A DNA stretch of 64,000 nucleotides from assembly GCA_963666055.2 (NCBI GenBank), contig CAXWPH010000002.1:96001-160000 (forward strand), written 5' to 3'. The notes under the pieces are model-generated. The model saw only the letters and a list, made by a program, of their open reading frames with translations. It did no database searches and was not told the DNA's origin. A program made the translations under genes and the position numbers. The stretch comes from Acidobacteriota bacterium. Its GTDB lineage: Bacteria > Acidobacteriota > UBA890 > WLXD01. Positions 1-9,916 of the stretch are shown here, one piece after another (position 1 is the stretch's first letter; every line of letters starts with the position of its first letter).

Positions 1-2154
1 CAGCAGCGGATCGACTACCCGGTACAGACGGTAGGCCGCCATCTCGATCTCTACCTGAGCTTTGAGGTTCTCGAGCTTGGCACCGATCCACACGTCGAGC
101 TCATGCGTCGGGGTCTCTTTCCAGGTATCGGTCTCGGGGTCCCAGCCGTCGACGGCGGCATACGTCTGCAGGAAGCAGAGGCTGTTCCACCAGGGAAGCA
201 ACACTCGCCGGACCATCTCGCGCACGCCGTTCTGCGAGAACCTCGCCTCCTCCCCACGCAGCACGGGCGAATCCAGCAAGTAGATACGGATGGCATCGGC
301 GCCGAACTCGTTGACCAGCTCGGTGGGCTCCGGGTAGTTCTGCAGACTCTTCGACATCTTGCGGCCGTCCTCGGCCAGCACCAGCCCGCTGACGACAACG
401 TTCCTGAACGCCGGCTTGTCGAAGAGCGCCGTCGACAGCACGAGCAAGGTGTAGAACCAGCCGCGGGTCTGGTCGAGTGCCTCGCAGATGAAGTCGGCCG
501 GGAAGCCGTCCTCGAACGCCTCCTTCCCCTCGAACGGGTAGTGCGCCTGTCCGTACGGCATCGAGCCCGACTCGAACCAGCAATCGAGCACCTCGGGGAT
601 GCGTCGCAGCTCGCCCTGGCCGGTCGGCGAGGGGATCACAACATCGTCGATGATGTGCTTGTGCAGGTCGTCAACTGCAACTCCAGATAGCTCACGAAGC
701 TCATCGCGGGACCCGACGCAGACGGTCTCGCCAGTATCCTCGTTGCGCCATATTGGCAGCGGGTTACCCCAGTAGCGGTTGCGCGAGATGTTCCAGTCGC
801 GGGCGCCCTCTAGCCACTTGCCGAAGCGCCCGTCCTTGAGATGATCCGGGACCCAACGAATCTGCTGGTTAACAGCGATCAGTTGTTCCTTGAACGCCTC
901 CACGCGCACATACCAAGCGCTTATCGTCTTGTAGATCAGCGGCGTGTCAGAGCGGTAGCAGAACGGATAGCTATGGACGTAGGTGTCGTGGCGTAGGATC
1001 TTCCCGGCTGCCTTGAGCTCGCTGATGATCTGCCTGTCGGCGTCCTTCACCATTTGTCCGGCGTAGGGAGGGACCAGCTCAGTGAAGCAACCCTCCGCAT
1101 CCACCGGATCGGCCGGTTCGATGCCGAACTCCCGGCCCAGGGCGAAATCGTCCTCGCCGAACGCCGGCGCGATGTGCACGATGCCCGTGCCGCTCTCGGC
1201 GGTGACGAAGGTCGCCGGTAACACGTGGAACGCGCCCTCGAGCTTGCGCTCGGCGAAGAACGGAAACAGCGGCTCGTAGCTCTTGCCCGCTAGCTCCGAG
1301 CCGCGGATCGTGCCCAGCCGCCGGATTCCTTCGTCGGCTGGCCAGTAAGCGGCGACGCGCTCGGCGTGCAGTGCCATGCGCTCACCCCGCGGCTCGCCGT
1401 TGGTGTCGATCTCTTCGACGATGGCGTAGTCGGCGTCGGGATCGACGGCCAGCGCCAGATTCGATGGCAGCGTCCAAGGTGTCGTCGTCCAGGCCAACAG
1501 AAGCAGCCCGTCGTCGGCGCGGAACTTCACCGTGATCGACGGATCCTGGATCTCCTTGTAGTTGAGGTTGGCCTCGAAATTCGACAGCGGTGCGCCGATT
1601 CGCCAAGAGTAGGGAACGACACGGTATCCCTCGTAGATCAGATCGCGGTCCCAGAGCGTCTTGAATACGCTCCAGACGCTCTCCATGAACGACAAGTCCA
1701 TGGTCTTGTAGTCGTTGTCGAAATCGACCCAGCGCCCGAATCGGGTAACCGTCTGCTGCCACTCATCGGTATAGCGCAGCACAATGGAGCGACAAGCTTC
1801 GTTGAACTTGCCGATGCCGTACTTCTCGATATCGGCACGGCCGCTGAGCCCGAGCTGCTTTTCGATCTCGAACTCCACCGGCAGGCCGTGACAGTCCCAC
1901 CCGAAGCGACGCTCCACGTGGCGACCGCACATGGTTTGGTAGCGGGCCACGACGTCCTTGATCGTGCCGACGAGTAGGTGCCCGTAGTGCGGTAGCCCGG
2001 TGGCGAATGGTGGACCGTCGTAGAAGGAGTAGGACCGCGCCGCATCGCGCTGCTCGATCGATCGTTGGAAGGTGCGCCGCTGAGTCCAACGCTCGAGGAC
2101 CTCTTCCTCGATGCGGGGGAACGAGATCTCGGAGGGCGGCGTCTCGAATTTCAT
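1..2154 (-). CDS. ileS: Isoleucine--tRNA ligase, type 2 (eukaryote/archaea-like); 3' end runs off window
   Basis: Manual minus-strand translation from ATG 2154: MKFETPPSEISFPRIEEEVLERW...FYDGPPFATGLPHYGHLL...RRFGWDCHGLPVE; near 390-340 GLVLAEDGRKMSKSLQNYP (HIGH-type HYGH and KMSKS motifs). Absent from the ORF track because it has no stop in the window. Confidence 0.97.
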   Translation of the reverse strand, partial: MKFETPPSEISFPRIEEEVLERWTQRRTFQRSIEQRDAARSYSFYDGPPFATGLPHYGHLLVGTIKDVVARYQTMCGRHVERRFGWDCHGLPVEFEIEKQLGLSGRADIEKYGIGKFNEACRSIVLRYTDEWQQTVTRFGRWVDFDNDYKTMDLSFMESVWSVFKTLWDRDLIYEGYRVVPYSWRIGAPLSNFEANLNYKEIQDPSITVKFRADDGLLLLAWTTTPWTLPSNLALAVDPDADYAIVEEIDTNGEPRGERMALHAERVAAYWPADEGIRRLGTIRGSELAGKSYEPLFPFFAERKLEGAFHVLPATFVTAESGTGIVHIAPAFGEDDFALGREFGIEPADPVDAEGCFTELVPPYAGQMVKDADRQIISELKAAGKILRHDTYVHSYPFCYRSDTPLIYKTISAWYVRVEAFKEQLIAVNQQIRWVPDHLKDGRFGKWLEGARDWNISRNRYWGNPLPIWRNEDTGETVCVGSRDELRELSGVAVDDLHKHIIDDVVIPSPTGQGELRRIPEVLDCWFESGSMPYGQAHYPFEGKEAFEDGFPADFICEALDQTRGWFYTLLVLSTALFDKPAFRNVVVSGLVLAEDGRKMSKSLQNYPEPTELVNEFGADAIRIYLLDSPVLRGEEARFSQNGVREMVRRVLLPWWNSLCFLQTYAAVDGWDPETDTWKETPTHELDVWIGAKLENLKAQVEIEMAAYRLYRVVDPLL

Positions 2155-2197
2155 CGGCTGCGCCTGCCGTCCTCGTGCCGGTTCCGAGGCGCGACCG

Positions 2198-2359
2198 TTA
2201 CTTCTCTTCCTTGTAGTTCACGTGTCGGCGCACGACGGGGTCGTGCTTCCTGAGCTCGAGGCGCTCGGTGGTGTTTCGCTTGTTCTTCGTGGTGTAGTAC
2301 TTGTGCGGGCTCTCGGTGCTCTTGAGCTTCACCTGCACGCGGTTTCCGGCCTTGGCCAT
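2198..2359 (-). CDS. rpmG: 50S ribosomal protein L33 (no zinc-binding cysteines)
   Basis: Manual translation: [53 protein letters not shown] (53 aa), typical L33 YxTxKNKRN..ERLELRK.DP.VR.HV. Confidence 0.95.
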   Translation of the reverse strand: MAKAGNRVQVKLKSTESPHKYYTTKNKRNTTERLELRKHDPVVRRHVNYKEEK

Positions 2360-2547
2360 GAGTTTGCCTCGAGTGGTAGGTCTTCAGCTGCGCCACGCCG
2401 GGCAGCGGCGATCGTTGCGAATGGGGCGCCGCGGGCGACGAGCACAACTCGCAAGAAACCATGATTTTACACTGAACCGCGTTGGCGAATTGTGCGATCG
2501 GCGCGCTAGCGCTCAGAGCCAGCCGCGCTGGGCTGCACGGTGTTCGT

Positions 2548-2829
2548 CTACGCCGGCGCCTCGGCAGGCTCTGGTACTTCTGCTTCCGCTGCTTCGGGCT
2601 CGTTCGACGGTTCCGGCGGGCGGCTCAAGTCGCAATCACGGCAGCGCCAGCCCTTTTCCTCCGAATCCTCCGGATGGGCATGCGGGCAGACCTCTTGAAG
2701 GTCGGCCACCTGACTCTCGAGCGCGGTGGGGTCGGCGCCTTCCTCGAGGTTGGCGATCTGTTTCCGCAACTTGAAGCGAAGCTCGCGAATCTCCAGCGGG
2801 TGAAGCTCCTGCAATGGCGTGTGGTCCAT
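2548..2829 (-). CDS. Hypothetical protein with putative CxH...CxxC zinc-ribbon and acidic Pro/Ala tail
   Basis: 93-aa ORF directly downstream of the Trm112 gene; motif VCPHAH...WRCRDCD. Confidence 0.6.
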   Translation of the reverse strand: MDHTPLQELHPLEIRELRFKLRKQIANLEEGADPTALESQVADLQEVCPHAHPEDSEEKGWRCRDCDLSRPPEPSNEPEAAEAEVPEPAEAPA

Positions 2830-2834
2830 CGCAA

Positions 2835-3098
2835 CTATTCCTCTTCGGCGGACGATAGCGGGATCGCCTCGTCGATGAGCATGATCGGAATATCGTCTCG
2901 GATCGCGTACAGGTAGCGCCCATCTTCGCGGATCAACCCCGCCTCGATAGGCTCATCGACGACATTCCCGCCGCGGTTGGTAAGTGTGCCGGCCGCGATG
3001 GTTTCGTTGAGCTTTGCGAGGGTGCTCTCGTCGGCGAGCCGCAGTGGCGTCTTGTCTTCTGGACACGCCAGGATCTCGAGCAATTCCTGATCGATCAT
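2835..3098 (-). CDS. Trm112 family protein
   Basis: MIDQELLEILACPEDKTPL...YAIRDDIPIMLIDEAI matches the Trm112/YcaR pattern; GGAG upstream. Confidence 0.9.
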   Translation of the reverse strand: MIDQELLEILACPEDKTPLRLADESTLAKLNETIAAGTLTNRGGNVVDEPIEAGLIREDGRYLYAIRDDIPIMLIDEAIPLSSAEEE

Positions 3099-3241
3099 GG
3101 TGTTCTCCGAGCGTCGGGTTGCTACGCTAACATGCGTTGAGAAGTGCTGCTGGATCCCCTGGTGAGAGGCCCGTGCAGACGTGGTTCACGTATGCCACAG
3201 TACGATAACCGCCTGTCGAGCCTAGCGGAGGAGCCGAGGTC

Positions 3242-3706
3242 ATGGAGCGCACGCAATCATCCGACTACGCCCTGTTCCTACTGCGCACCGCCGGCTTGTT
3301 GCTGGCGCTCGCTCACGGGTGGACGAAGTTCCATGCTCTCATTACCGGACAGGCCGATTGGCTCGTCGGCATGGTGAGCGGGCTGGGGTTTCCGCTGCCC
3401 GTGATGTTTGCCTGGGCCCTCGGGTTGACCGAGTTCTTCGGCGGCATTTGTGTTGCGTTGGGACTGTACACACGCCTGAGCGCGTCGTTCGCCGCGTTGG
3501 CGATGTTCACGGCGGCGTTCTTACGCCATCGCTCGCTGATGCAGTTCGGAGCCTGGCTCGGTATCGTTTCGCCCAGCGCTGAAGAGCTCCAGGCGTCGGG
3601 CGATCCAGAGAGAGCGTTGCTGTTCCTGATCATCATGGCAAGCGTCGTGGTCTTGGGACCGGGGAGACTGTCTATCGACGCCCGACTTTCAGGGCGGCGC
3701 CGATAG
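3242..3706 (+). CDS. DoxX family membrane protein
   Basis: LLRTAGLLLALAHGWTK...EFFGGICVALGLYTR...GPGRLSID DoxX signature; GAGG RBS. Confidence 0.9.
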   Translation: MERTQSSDYALFLLRTAGLLLALAHGWTKFHALITGQADWLVGMVSGLGFPLPVMFAWALGLTEFFGGICVALGLYTRLSASFAALAMFTAAFLRHRSLMQFGAWLGIVSPSAEELQASGDPERALLFLIIMASVVVLGPGRLSIDARLSGRRR

Positions 3707-3717
3707 TCGCGCCCGGG

Positions 3718-4209
3718 ATGAACGACCCGTCGGCGACCTTGCGCGATGGCTCCTTGGTGCAGCGCTGCTACGAGCTTGCCGAGGAAGCGGTCGAGGCGGG
3801 GAACCATCCTTTCGGAGCGTTGCTGGTTCACGCCGCCGAGGTGGTGTTCGAGGCCCGCAACACGGTCAATACTGCCAACGACGGCACGCGTCATGCGGAG
3901 CTCGAGCTGGTTCGCGGCGCCTGGCGAACGCTCGGCCCCGACTTGTTATGCAAGACGACGCTCTACACCAGCACCGAGCCCTGCCTCATGTGCGCCGGCG
4001 CAATCTTCTGGGCGGGCATTCCCCGCGTCGTCTACGGGGTGGGAGCTCGGGCGATGAGCGAGATCGTCGGTGAGCCCTATCGCGGCCTGCCGTTGCGCGA
4101 GGTGGGAGTGGCCTGTGGACTCCCCATCGAGGTGGTCGGGCCGGTCATGCAGGACGACGGATTGCGAATTCACGCCGCCTTCTGGCCAGCGGCCGCGAAT
4201 CGCGGTTAG
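3718..4209 (+). CDS. Nucleoside/nucleotide deaminase (zinc-dependent, TadA/guanine deaminase-like)
   Basis: [13 protein letters not shown] and [16 protein letters not shown] motifs. Confidence 0.9.
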   Translation: MNDPSATLRDGSLVQRCYELAEEAVEAGNHPFGALLVHAAEVVFEARNTVNTANDGTRHAELELVRGAWRTLGPDLLCKTTLYTSTEPCLMCAGAIFWAGIPRVVYGVGARAMSEIVGEPYRGLPLREVGVACGLPIEVVGPVMQDDGLRIHAAFWPAAANRG

Positions 4210-4718
4210 TCTTCGATCGTCTCGAGCCGATGATCAAGCAGCACATCGCCGGAGAAAACGAAGCGCCCGGTGAAGCGCGTGCGCTTCAGTAGCAAGGGCA
4301 GCCAGAGAACGTCGTCTGCCCACATCTCGGCATAGGGGATACCGTCGACAGAGAACCAGAGTGGCATCGCCTCGTCGGTCTCCCGTGGTTGACCGGCGCA
4401 GTGATTGGCACGGAACACGCGAACATGGATCGAGTAGCCATCGACGAACTGAAACCGCAGCTCGCCAGCCTCACAGATTCCACCGGGTGCAACGCAGACC
4501 TCTTCTTCGACCTCGCGGATGGCGGCCTGCAGCCAGGTTTCGCCTTCTTCTAGACGGCCGCCGGGACCGTTGATCTTACCGGCGCCCAGGCCGCGCTTCT
4601 TACGGATCAGCAGGATGCGACCGCCGCTCACGACGAACAGCAGCGTCGCTCGATCCACCGCCTGCCACTGATTCCAGTCGATCTCGGCCACCCGGCGTGC
4701 CCCGGCGGCGGCATTCAT
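4206..4718 (-). CDS. NUDIX hydrolase, 8-oxo-dGTP diphosphatase (MTH1-like)
   Basis: [34 protein letters not shown] Nudix box; [18 protein letters not shown] 4718 overlaps the upstream stop. Confidence 0.9.
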   Translation of the reverse strand: MNAAAGARRVAEIDWNQWQAVDRATLLFVVSGGRILLIRKKRGLGAGKINGPGGRLEEGETWLQAAIREVEEEVCVAPGGICEAGELRFQFVDGYSIHVRVFRANHCAGQPRETDEAMPLWFSVDGIPYAEMWADDVLWLPLLLKRTRFTGRFVFSGDVLLDHRLETIED

Positions 4719-5659
4719 GGCTGCACGCCTGGATCGTGTGCTTGGGAGGGCTCGATGACCTCCGCAGCATCCGGCCAAACGCCGTCGAGGAACTCGCGCA
4801 CCGCCGGGCCGACAACGTCCGGCCTTTCCACGAAGGGAAAGTGCGCTGCCTCAGCAATGGTCAACAGGCGTGCCTCGCGGAGCCGGGCTGCCCAGTCTCG
4901 CCCCGCCCCATACGGTGCGTTGCGGTCGCGTCGGCCATGCACCGTCAACACCGGCACGCGCACCTGGTCGATGTCGTCCTGGCGCAGGTCAAGGTGCACG
5001 ATACTGGGCAGAATGTTCTGCGACAGGTGAGCCTCCATGTTCACCGGCCATTCGTTCTCGAACGCACAGTAATGATCTCCAAGGGCGGCCGCGGCGCCGG
5101 GGATGGCGACGTAGACGTGACGCATGAATTCCCACCACCGCAGACAGAATTCCTTTGGGGCGCTGGCCGGCATGCCGTCGTCGCGAAGCTGCTGTAGCTG
5201 CCGCGCCGACTCGGAGCCGGCGATAGCTTCCAGGTCCGGTGCGGTCAGCTCTGGTGGATAGACGGCGGCGTGATTGGGGCTCGGTGCACCGATCTGGACG
5301 ATGCGTCCACAGGACTGGGGGTTGGTAATGGCGTATAGGATGACCGCCAGGCCGAGGTAGGAATGGCCGACGAGATGCGGGCGCTCGAGCTCGAAGAACT
5401 GGCGAATCGTCTCGAGGTCTTCGACGTCATGATGTATGCCTCGATGCAGAAGCAGGCGATCGTGAACGGGTGCCGATCGGCCGCGGTTGCGCAGGTCGTA
5501 GGAGATCACCGTGAGGTCGCGGGCGAGATAGGCGAAGTGCTCGAGTAGGTAGATGGCATTGGGAATGATCACCGCCTGCGGGCCGGATCCAATGCGATAC
5601 GCGCATAGCGTCGTCCCGTCCGGCGTCGGTACCATCCCCTGCTCGAGGTCGGCAGTCAT
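4715..5659 (-). CDS. Alpha/beta fold hydrolase
   Basis: [15 protein letters not shown] nucleophile elbow, [14 protein letters not shown]. Confidence 0.88.
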   Translation of the reverse strand: MTADLEQGMVPTPDGTTLCAYRIGSGPQAVIIPNAIYLLEHFAYLARDLTVISYDLRNRGRSAPVHDRLLLHRGIHHDVEDLETIRQFFELERPHLVGHSYLGLAVILYAITNPQSCGRIVQIGAPSPNHAAVYPPELTAPDLEAIAGSESARQLQQLRDDGMPASAPKEFCLRWWEFMRHVYVAIPGAAAALGDHYCAFENEWPVNMEAHLSQNILPSIVHLDLRQDDIDQVRVPVLTVHGRRDRNAPYGAGRDWAARLREARLLTIAEAAHFPFVERPDVVGPAVREFLDGVWPDAAEVIEPSQAHDPGVQP

Positions 5660-6507
5660 GGGGTCTGATACTGCTTTCTTGCCGCCACCGAAACAAACCG
5701 ATCTTCCTCGGCGATCCAGGCGGTGAGGCGTCCACCCCAGACGCAGCCGGTGTCGAGGCCGCGCAGGCGTTCAGCGTTCACCAGACCACGCTCCGCCCAG
5801 TGCCCGAAAACCACCGTACGGTCACCCCGATACAGGTCGTACCAGGGCCTCGAGGTAGCGTCTGGTGCTCCCGTAGCGCGCCAGGTGCCGGGTGCGTCCG
5901 ACTGCCGGTTTCTGCTCCCGAACGCACCGCGGATCATGTTGCCCTCGTTGCCGCAGTAGCGAACCGAGACCAAGAAGTCGATGTCTGGACGCTCCGACTC
6001 GCTCGCCGCCGTCGCGTCTATCGAGTTGATGCGGCTGGCCTCAGCCTCCAGGTCGACCCAGGCTGCTGGCAAGCCGGCGTGCACGAGCACGAGGTCGGGC
6101 CACAATCGCAGGACGGGTCGGGCGCGCACCCAGCCGAGCAGCGTGTCGCGGTCGGGCGCCGCGAGTAACTCGTCCAGCGTATCCAAGGGGGTGTGCTGGC
6201 GGCGGCCGTCGGCTCGTGCCAGCAAGTGCAGCTCGTGATTGCCCAGCACGCTCTCGGCCTCGAGCGCGGTTACGTCGCGCAGCGTCTGCAGCGATCTCGG
6301 CCCGCGGTTGACCAGGTCGCCGACAAAGTGCAGCGCGTGTGTCGCCGGGTCGTAGCGTAGTGTCTCCAGCAGATCCTGAAGCTCGTCGGCACAGCCATGA
6401 ACGTCGCCGATGAAGACGCGGGTCTGGGGCGAGCCTGGCAACGCGCTGATCTCCTCGGGCGTACAAAGCATTCCCGGCTCGGAGGTCGTGGAAGGGTCGC
6501 CCGGCAC
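5656..6507 (-). CDS. apaH: Symmetrical bis(5'-nucleosyl)-tetraphosphatase ApaH-like metallophosphoesterase (start may be ATG 6471)
   Basis: IGDVHGC, VGDLVNRGPRS, LGNHE, VHAG, VFGHWA, LDTGCVWGGRLTA. Confidence 0.85.
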   Translation of the reverse strand: MPGDPSTTSEPGMLCTPEEISALPGSPQTRVFIGDVHGCADELQDLLETLRYDPATHALHFVGDLVNRGPRSLQTLRDVTALEAESVLGNHELHLLARADGRRQHTPLDTLDELLAAPDRDTLLGWVRARPVLRLWPDLVLVHAGLPAAWVDLEAEASRINSIDATAASESERPDIDFLVSVRYCGNEGNMIRGAFGSRNRQSDAPGTWRATGAPDATSRPWYDLYRGDRTVVFGHWAERGLVNAERLRGLDTGCVWGGRLTAWIAEEDRFVSVAARKQYQTP

Positions 6508-6508
6508 A

Positions 6509-6786
6509 CTAGTGGCCTGTAACAGATGATCGTTGCATATCGCAGATGGGATTTGCAGGTGAGATCAAGGCGCGGGGAGGAAGGCGATGCAATGGGCATC
6601 GTCGACGAGGCGCAACGCCGATATCGCCCGCAACTGCCCATCTGTCCGGAGGATGGCGGCGAAATGGGCCCGTCTGCGGCGTTGCTCCTCCTCCAAGATG
6701 GGCAAACATCGTCTCGTCGTCGCGCCTGGCATCCGGACCCATTTCGCCACCACGATATACAACGATCATCTGTTACAGGCCACTAG
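6509..6786. mobile_element. MITE-like element, family B (278 bp, CTAG-bounded, 34-bp TIRs)
   Basis: Left end CTAGTGGCCTGTAACAGATGATCGTTGCATATCG (6509-6542) is the reverse complement of 6753-6786 with one mismatch; additional internal inverted repeats; no transposase. Confidence 0.85.
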
Positions 6787-6907
6787 CCTGCCCGCGGTAA
6801 TCTCCGCTAGCAGGCCGAGCGACACGAGCGCCGCTGTTCGGAGACGACCGGAGGTCGAGTTGCTATGCTGCCGGTACCCAGAACACGAACACGGTCCGGA
6901 CGGAGCC

Positions 6908-8362
6908 ATGAACGATCAACGCGACACCAAGCACCTTCCTGCCGAGCAGCGTGGCCTCAGCCGACGCGACGTGGTCCGACTCGGGGCGGCCGGAATGGGT
7001 GCGGCGCTCATCGGCGGGACGCCGTTCCCCAACCCGGCGCACGCACAGATCAGCACCAACACGTATCAGATTCCGACCTGGACCGGGCCGCAAGCTGCGG
7101 ATCATGGCGCCGAGATGGGTGCGGCGCCAGCCGACCTACGGGCGGCGCCACCGATCGCGGAGGTGCGTATCGGGTTCGTGGGCACCGGCGGCATGGGAAC
7201 CGCGCACGTACGGAACCTGACGCAGATTGAAGGCTGTCGGGTTGCCGCCATCTGCGACATTGATGTCTCGAACGCCGAGCGTGCCGCGCAGGTCGTGCAG
7301 GCGGCCGGCCAGCCGTCGCCGGCGCTCTATACGCGTGGCGAGGAGGATTTTCGCCGGTTGTGCGAGACAGCCGACCTGGATCTCATCTACACGGCCACCC
7401 CGTGGCGCTGGCACGTCCCGGTCTGCCTGGCGGCGATGGAGGCTGGCAAGCACGCTGTCTCGGAGGTGCCGATCGCGGTCACCGTGGAGGATTGTTGGCG
7501 GCTCGTGGAATCCGCCGAGCGTCATGAACGCCACTGCATCATGATGGAGAACGTCTGCTACGGGCGCTTCGAGATGATGGTGCTCAACCTGGTCCGGCAG
7601 GGTTTGCTTGGAGAGATCCTGCACGCCGAATGTGGCTACCTGCACGACCTGCGTGAGATCAAGTTCGCCGACGAAGGGGAGGGCATGTGGAGGCGGGCCC
7701 ACGCGATGATCCGCGATGGCAACCTCTACCCCACTCATGGCCTGGGGCCGGTTTCGCAGTGTATGAACATCAACCGGGGCGACAGGTTCGACTACCTGGT
7801 GTCGATGAGCAGCCCGTCGCGGGGACTGCAGGATTGGGCTCGTGAACACTATGAGCCGGGCCATCCCAAGCGCGAGGAGACTTTCGCGCTGGGCGACGTC
7901 AACACCAGTCTCATCAAGACCGCCAACGGCAAGACGATCAAGGTGGTTCACGACACCAACCTGCCACGCCCCTACAGCCGCATCAACATGCTGCAGGGCA
8001 CGCGCGGGATCTTCCAGGGCTATCCCGATCGGGTTCACATCGAGGGGCGCTCCGAGGGTCATTCCTGGGACGATGCAGAGAGCTACTACGAGGAGTTCGA
8101 GCACCCGCTGTGGCGGCGATTACGCGAGGATTCGAGTGGTGCCGGTCACGGCGGCATGGATTTCGTTGAAGACTGGCGGCTCATCCAGTGCCTGCATGAG
8201 GGGATCCCATACGACATCGACGTCTATGACTCGGTTGCCTGGAGCGCCGTGTCGGAGATCAGCGAACGGTCGGTGGCCGCCGGCAGCGCGCCGGTGCGAT
8301 TCCCCGATTTCACCCGCGGACAGTGGAAGCAATATCCGCCGCTAGAGATTGTGGGCGGCTGA
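6908..8362 (+). CDS. Gfo/Idh/MocA oxidoreductase, GH109 alpha-N-acetylgalactosaminidase-like, Tat-exported
   Basis: Tat motif SRRDVVRLG; IGFVGTGGMG; ATPWRWH; MENVCY; NLYPTHGLGP; GHGGMDF; FPDFTRG; GGAG RBS before ATG 6908. Confidence 0.9.
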   Translation: MNDQRDTKHLPAEQRGLSRRDVVRLGAAGMGAALIGGTPFPNPAHAQISTNTYQIPTWTGPQAADHGAEMGAAPADLRAAPPIAEVRIGFVGTGGMGTAHVRNLTQIEGCRVAAICDIDVSNAERAAQVVQAAGQPSPALYTRGEEDFRRLCETADLDLIYTATPWRWHVPVCLAAMEAGKHAVSEVPIAVTVEDCWRLVESAERHERHCIMMENVCYGRFEMMVLNLVRQGLLGEILHAECGYLHDLREIKFADEGEGMWRRAHAMIRDGNLYPTHGLGPVSQCMNINRGDRFDYLVSMSSPSRGLQDWAREHYEPGHPKREETFALGDVNTSLIKTANGKTIKVVHDTNLPRPYSRINMLQGTRGIFQGYPDRVHIEGRSEGHSWDDAESYYEEFEHPLWRRLREDSSGAGHGGMDFVEDWRLIQCLHEGIPYDIDVYDSVAWSAVSEISERSVAAGSAPVRFPDFTRGQWKQYPPLEIVGG

Positions 8363-8409
8363 CACCTCGGGATACGTTTGTGGCACGCCGTTTCCCCGCG
8401 GAGCTGTGT

Positions 8410-8859
8410 ATGGTCGATCAAGGCCCTGTTCGGCGGCCTTACACGATGTCTTGCGTGGTTGCTGTGGTCGCTCTATGGTCGACGTCGCTTGATCTTAGCC
8501 GTCAGGCTGGCACGCCCGGCGCCCAGGTTGCCGCCGGGGAGTCGGTGACCGGCAGATCCTCGGCGGCTCGTGAGTTGCCGCCGGCGCTGGCGTGGCCGAA
8601 CTACGCCGTCATGCCGGATGTGAACGCCTCGACCTCAGCCGGTATCCAGGGCGAGGTGTCGATCGCGATCGATGCCGCCCAGCCGACGCGCGCTGTTGCC
8701 GCGTCGATGGACCTCGGTGGCGCCGGGATCCTGGTGATGGCGCCGGTGTCGGCGGCGATTGCCGGCAGGGCGGGCACCGGCAGGATCGTGTGCATCGTAT
8801 CCGGCGGGAACATCGACGCCGGCGCTCTACGCACGATCCTGGCGAACGAGACGCCGTGA
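8410..8859 (+). pseudogene. Chimeric remnant: secreted (possibly sialidase/BNR-like) N-terminus fused to a threonine dehydratase-like C-terminus
   Basis: N-part QGEVSIAIDAAQPTRAVAASMD; C-part PVSAAIAGRAGTGRIVCIVSGGNIDAGALRTIL is the C-terminal SGGN motif of PLP-dependent threonine/serine dehydratases, with no PLP-lysine domain present. Confidence 0.6.
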
Positions 8860-9884
8860 TCGCTCCGCTCCGACAGAGTTTCGATCGTCGTCGATTCCTC
8901 TGTGTCGCCAGCGCCGCCCTGGGAGTCTCCTTCACTGGGTGCCGACGCGCGGACGCACCGGGTACCGGTGACTCTGCTCCGCGACTGGACGCGCACGTGC
9001 ACGCCACCAGCCCGGCGTTAGCCGGCTGGTTGCCAGGTGAAGCCGAGATCACGGCGATCGGCGGTAGTGGGTTGCTCGCCAGACTCGACGCGCTTGGCGC
9101 TTAGCGCGCCTTCGTGCTTTCGAGTGCCTACCTATATGCCTCCGACTTCCAGTCATCGTTCGATCCCTGGCGCGGTGCTGTCGGGGAGCTCGACCGCGTT
9201 CGAGCCGAGAACGACTTCACCGCCGATCAGTGTTCCGGCGAGTCGCGGCTCGTGCCTTTCTGCAGTCTCAACCCTAAGCGCGACTACGCCGTGGAAGAGT
9301 TGGCGCGCTGCGTCGAAGATCGTGGAATGCGTGGCCTCAAGCTGCATTTCTGGAACTCGAATCTGAGCCTCCGTGACGCCGCCCACCGCCGTCGCTTGAC
9401 GGCCGTCCTTGCCTATGTCGGGGCGCGCCAGCTGCCGGTGCTCGTTCACGTGCTCAACGGCGAGGACGAGGCGTTCGGACGCAGCGACGCGCAGCGCTTC
9501 GCTGATCTGCTCACTACAGCTGGGGCGCCGCCCTTGTGCCTGGCCCATCTGTGTGGCGCGGGAGGCTACGACCTCCAGGTGGCCGAGCTCTTCGACGCCT
9601 TCACCGAGCTACGCGAGGCGGGTGGGCTGTCGAGCCACACCCACGTGGAGCTGTCCGCGACGCTGAAGGACGACGACGACGGCGACGGGGCGCCATCGCT
9701 GCTCGCCACACCTGCCGGCCGTGGCCGGCTCGCCGCACAGCTGCAACGGTGGGGGCTAGACACCCTCCTGTGGGGCAGCGACAACGGCGACGACTACTTT
9801 GGCGCGACACGCCGACTTTGGCCGCTGTCCGCTGCCGAGCTGGCTCAGGTGCTAGCCAACGACGGAAGCGCATGGGTTGCCTGA
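8856..9884 (+). pseudogene. Amidohydrolase_2 family metal-dependent hydrolase (Tat lipoprotein) interrupted by in-frame TAG at 9102-9104
   Basis: GTG 8856: FDRRRFL...FTGC, DAHVH; the same frame continues after TAG with ENDF, GLKLHF, PVLVH, LAHLCG, WGSD. Confidence 0.75.
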
Positions 9885-9916
9885 GCCCACACCGTTGCTG
9901 CGAACCGATTCGGCCG

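Noticed and set aside
1-2154. IleRS2 as an acquired mupirocin-resistance gene or motif variant
   Set aside because: It has canonical HYGH/KMSKS motifs, a housekeeping context next to rpmG, and no mobility signs.
6509-6800. Pair of opposite-strand 86-aa ORFs both ending QRSSVTGH
   Set aside because: An artefact of the MITE terminal inverted repeats, not proteins.
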